From Octopus vulgaris (lineage: Eukaryota), in assembly GCA_951406725.2 (NCBI GenBank), contig OX597818.1:27342001-27406000 (forward strand): a stretch of 64,000 nt of DNA. Direction: 5' to 3'. How positions within the stretch are numbered: position 1 is the first letter of the stretch; each line of letters opens with the position of its first letter. Under the pieces are notes generated by a model that worked only from the letters and a program-made list of their open reading frames with translations, was not told the origin of the DNA and searched no databases. A program made the position numbers and the translations under genes. Positions 62,619 to 64,000 of this stretch are shown in pieces.

Positions 62619-63529
62619 TCTATATGTGTATGCATTAAGTTACCTGAGTTATATACATATAATACTATAGATAATATATATATGCATATATACATATATA
62701 TATATGTACATGCTTACACCTATAAAATTATTATTATTATTTTATAGTAGCTTTAAATAAATCTAATCCTTGTACCCCTATTAATTTGTACTCAGCTTAT
62801 ATAAGGTAATACCGGTATCTCGACAACTTAAGATAGTCCAATATAATTAAATCAGTATATAGTTGACATGTTCTTTAACCTCAATTGCTCCCTTATTAAA
62901 TACCAGTTAAATCCAATTGCTCAATCTCCATAGAAACCATATAATAAGTTAGTATTTAGATAAGAAATAAGTAAATAAATATTAAACTATTTCTTTGCAA
63001 ATTAGTTTTCCTCCCTCTATTGTGATAAAAATGTGGGTTACTGCCTTCTGTTCTGTCAGCCTTAGATATACAAGGGATTTGATAAACTAGTCTATAAATT
63101 AAAACTGACCCCATAAAAACAAAAAATCAGTGACAGGCAGAGTCTGTAACAACATATATCTTCTTGAAAATTCACTTACTTCTATGCTGGACTAAAACAG
63201 CATGTTCTTTTTAACTTCTTGGAGATTTTAGGTATAATTATACTAATGTATCCATCTGTTCTAATTTAATTAAATTCTATGTCCTTGTGCAGCTGAAGAT
63301 TGCTCTGAATTTTAAATTGATGTAATGATTGCATTGTTCAATTAAATGGAGTTGCACAAAACGATTGTACTGCATTACCTCTGGATATCCTTGTTGCTTA
63401 TTTTGATTTTAATCATCTTACTTTGAAATTGTATGGATAATACCGTACTAAATTCTAGTGCCTCAACTTAAATACCATATTTATCTGAATCTAAATTTTT
63501 GCTTATATATATATCTGTATGTATATATA

Positions 63530-63860
63530 TATCATCATCATCATCGTTTAACGTCCGTTTTCCATGCTCACATGAGTTGGATGGTTCGACTTGGGTCTGG
63601 GAAGCCAGGAGGCTGCACCAGGCACCAGTCTGATCTGGCAGTGTTTCTACAGCTGGATGCCCTTCCTAATGCCAACCACTCTGTGAGTGTAGTGGGTGCT
63701 TTTTACATGCCACCGGCACAGGGGCCAGAGGAGGCTGGCAAACGGCTATGATCGGTTGGTGCTTTTACGTGTCACCGACACGGACACCAGTCAGGCGGCG
63801 CTGGCATCTGCCACATTCAGACGGTGCTTTTAACATGTCACCAGCACGGGTATCTTAACT
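63530..63860. mobile_element. Interspersed SINE-like repeat with (CAT)n end and internal subrepeats
   Basis: catcatcatcgtttaacgtccg..ggatgcccttcctaatgccaacc; three gtgcttttac.tg.cacc subrepeats. Confidence 0.6.
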
Positions 63861-63889
63861 AAAATTTCCATATATATATATATGTATAA

Positions 63890-64000
63890 ATAAATAAATG
63901 GAGTTTAATGCAGGTATAAATCAAATACTTTTACTTTTGACATATGCTTCGAAGATTTCACTGATATTATTCAAAAGAATAAATGGTATAAAACAATGCA
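63890..64000 (-). mobile_element. Second, diverged copy of the 49776 Penelope-like fragment (cut by window end)
   Basis: aatggagtt..gcaggt..acatatgcttcgaag..tattattc..gaataaa aligns with 49783-49885; follows (TA)n. Confidence 0.65.

Overview
AT-rich, microsatellite-dense animal genomic DNA. The SINE repertoire and repeat landscape suggest an octopus or other coleoid cephalopod (inference). One host gene can be rebuilt by hand: a + strand tetraspanin with 8 coding exons (4859-10688, 262 aa, all introns phase 0). The rest is nested transposable elements: tRNA-derived CORE-like and Nin-domain SINEs; R4/Dong, RTE and L1/Tx1 LINE pieces; an internally deleted Ty3/Gypsy; mariner/Tc1/pogo/hAT remnants; non-autonomous Helitrons (one carrying a piggyBac fragment); and a 5'-truncated Penelope-like element. 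The most striking signal is invisible in the ORF track: hammerhead-ribozyme motifs from about eight mutually dissimilar sequence families (about 1.85, 19.97, 34.2, 46.5, 49.9, 50.7/51.0, 55.1 and 61.25 kb), each in an element that abuts a (TA)n-type microsatellite. They include a core with the C3-G8 pair swapped to G3-C8, three with very long stem II insertions, two inside long fold-back palindromes, and a 306-bp tandem pair resembling a retrozyme. All structures were paired by eye; no search or folding program was run.
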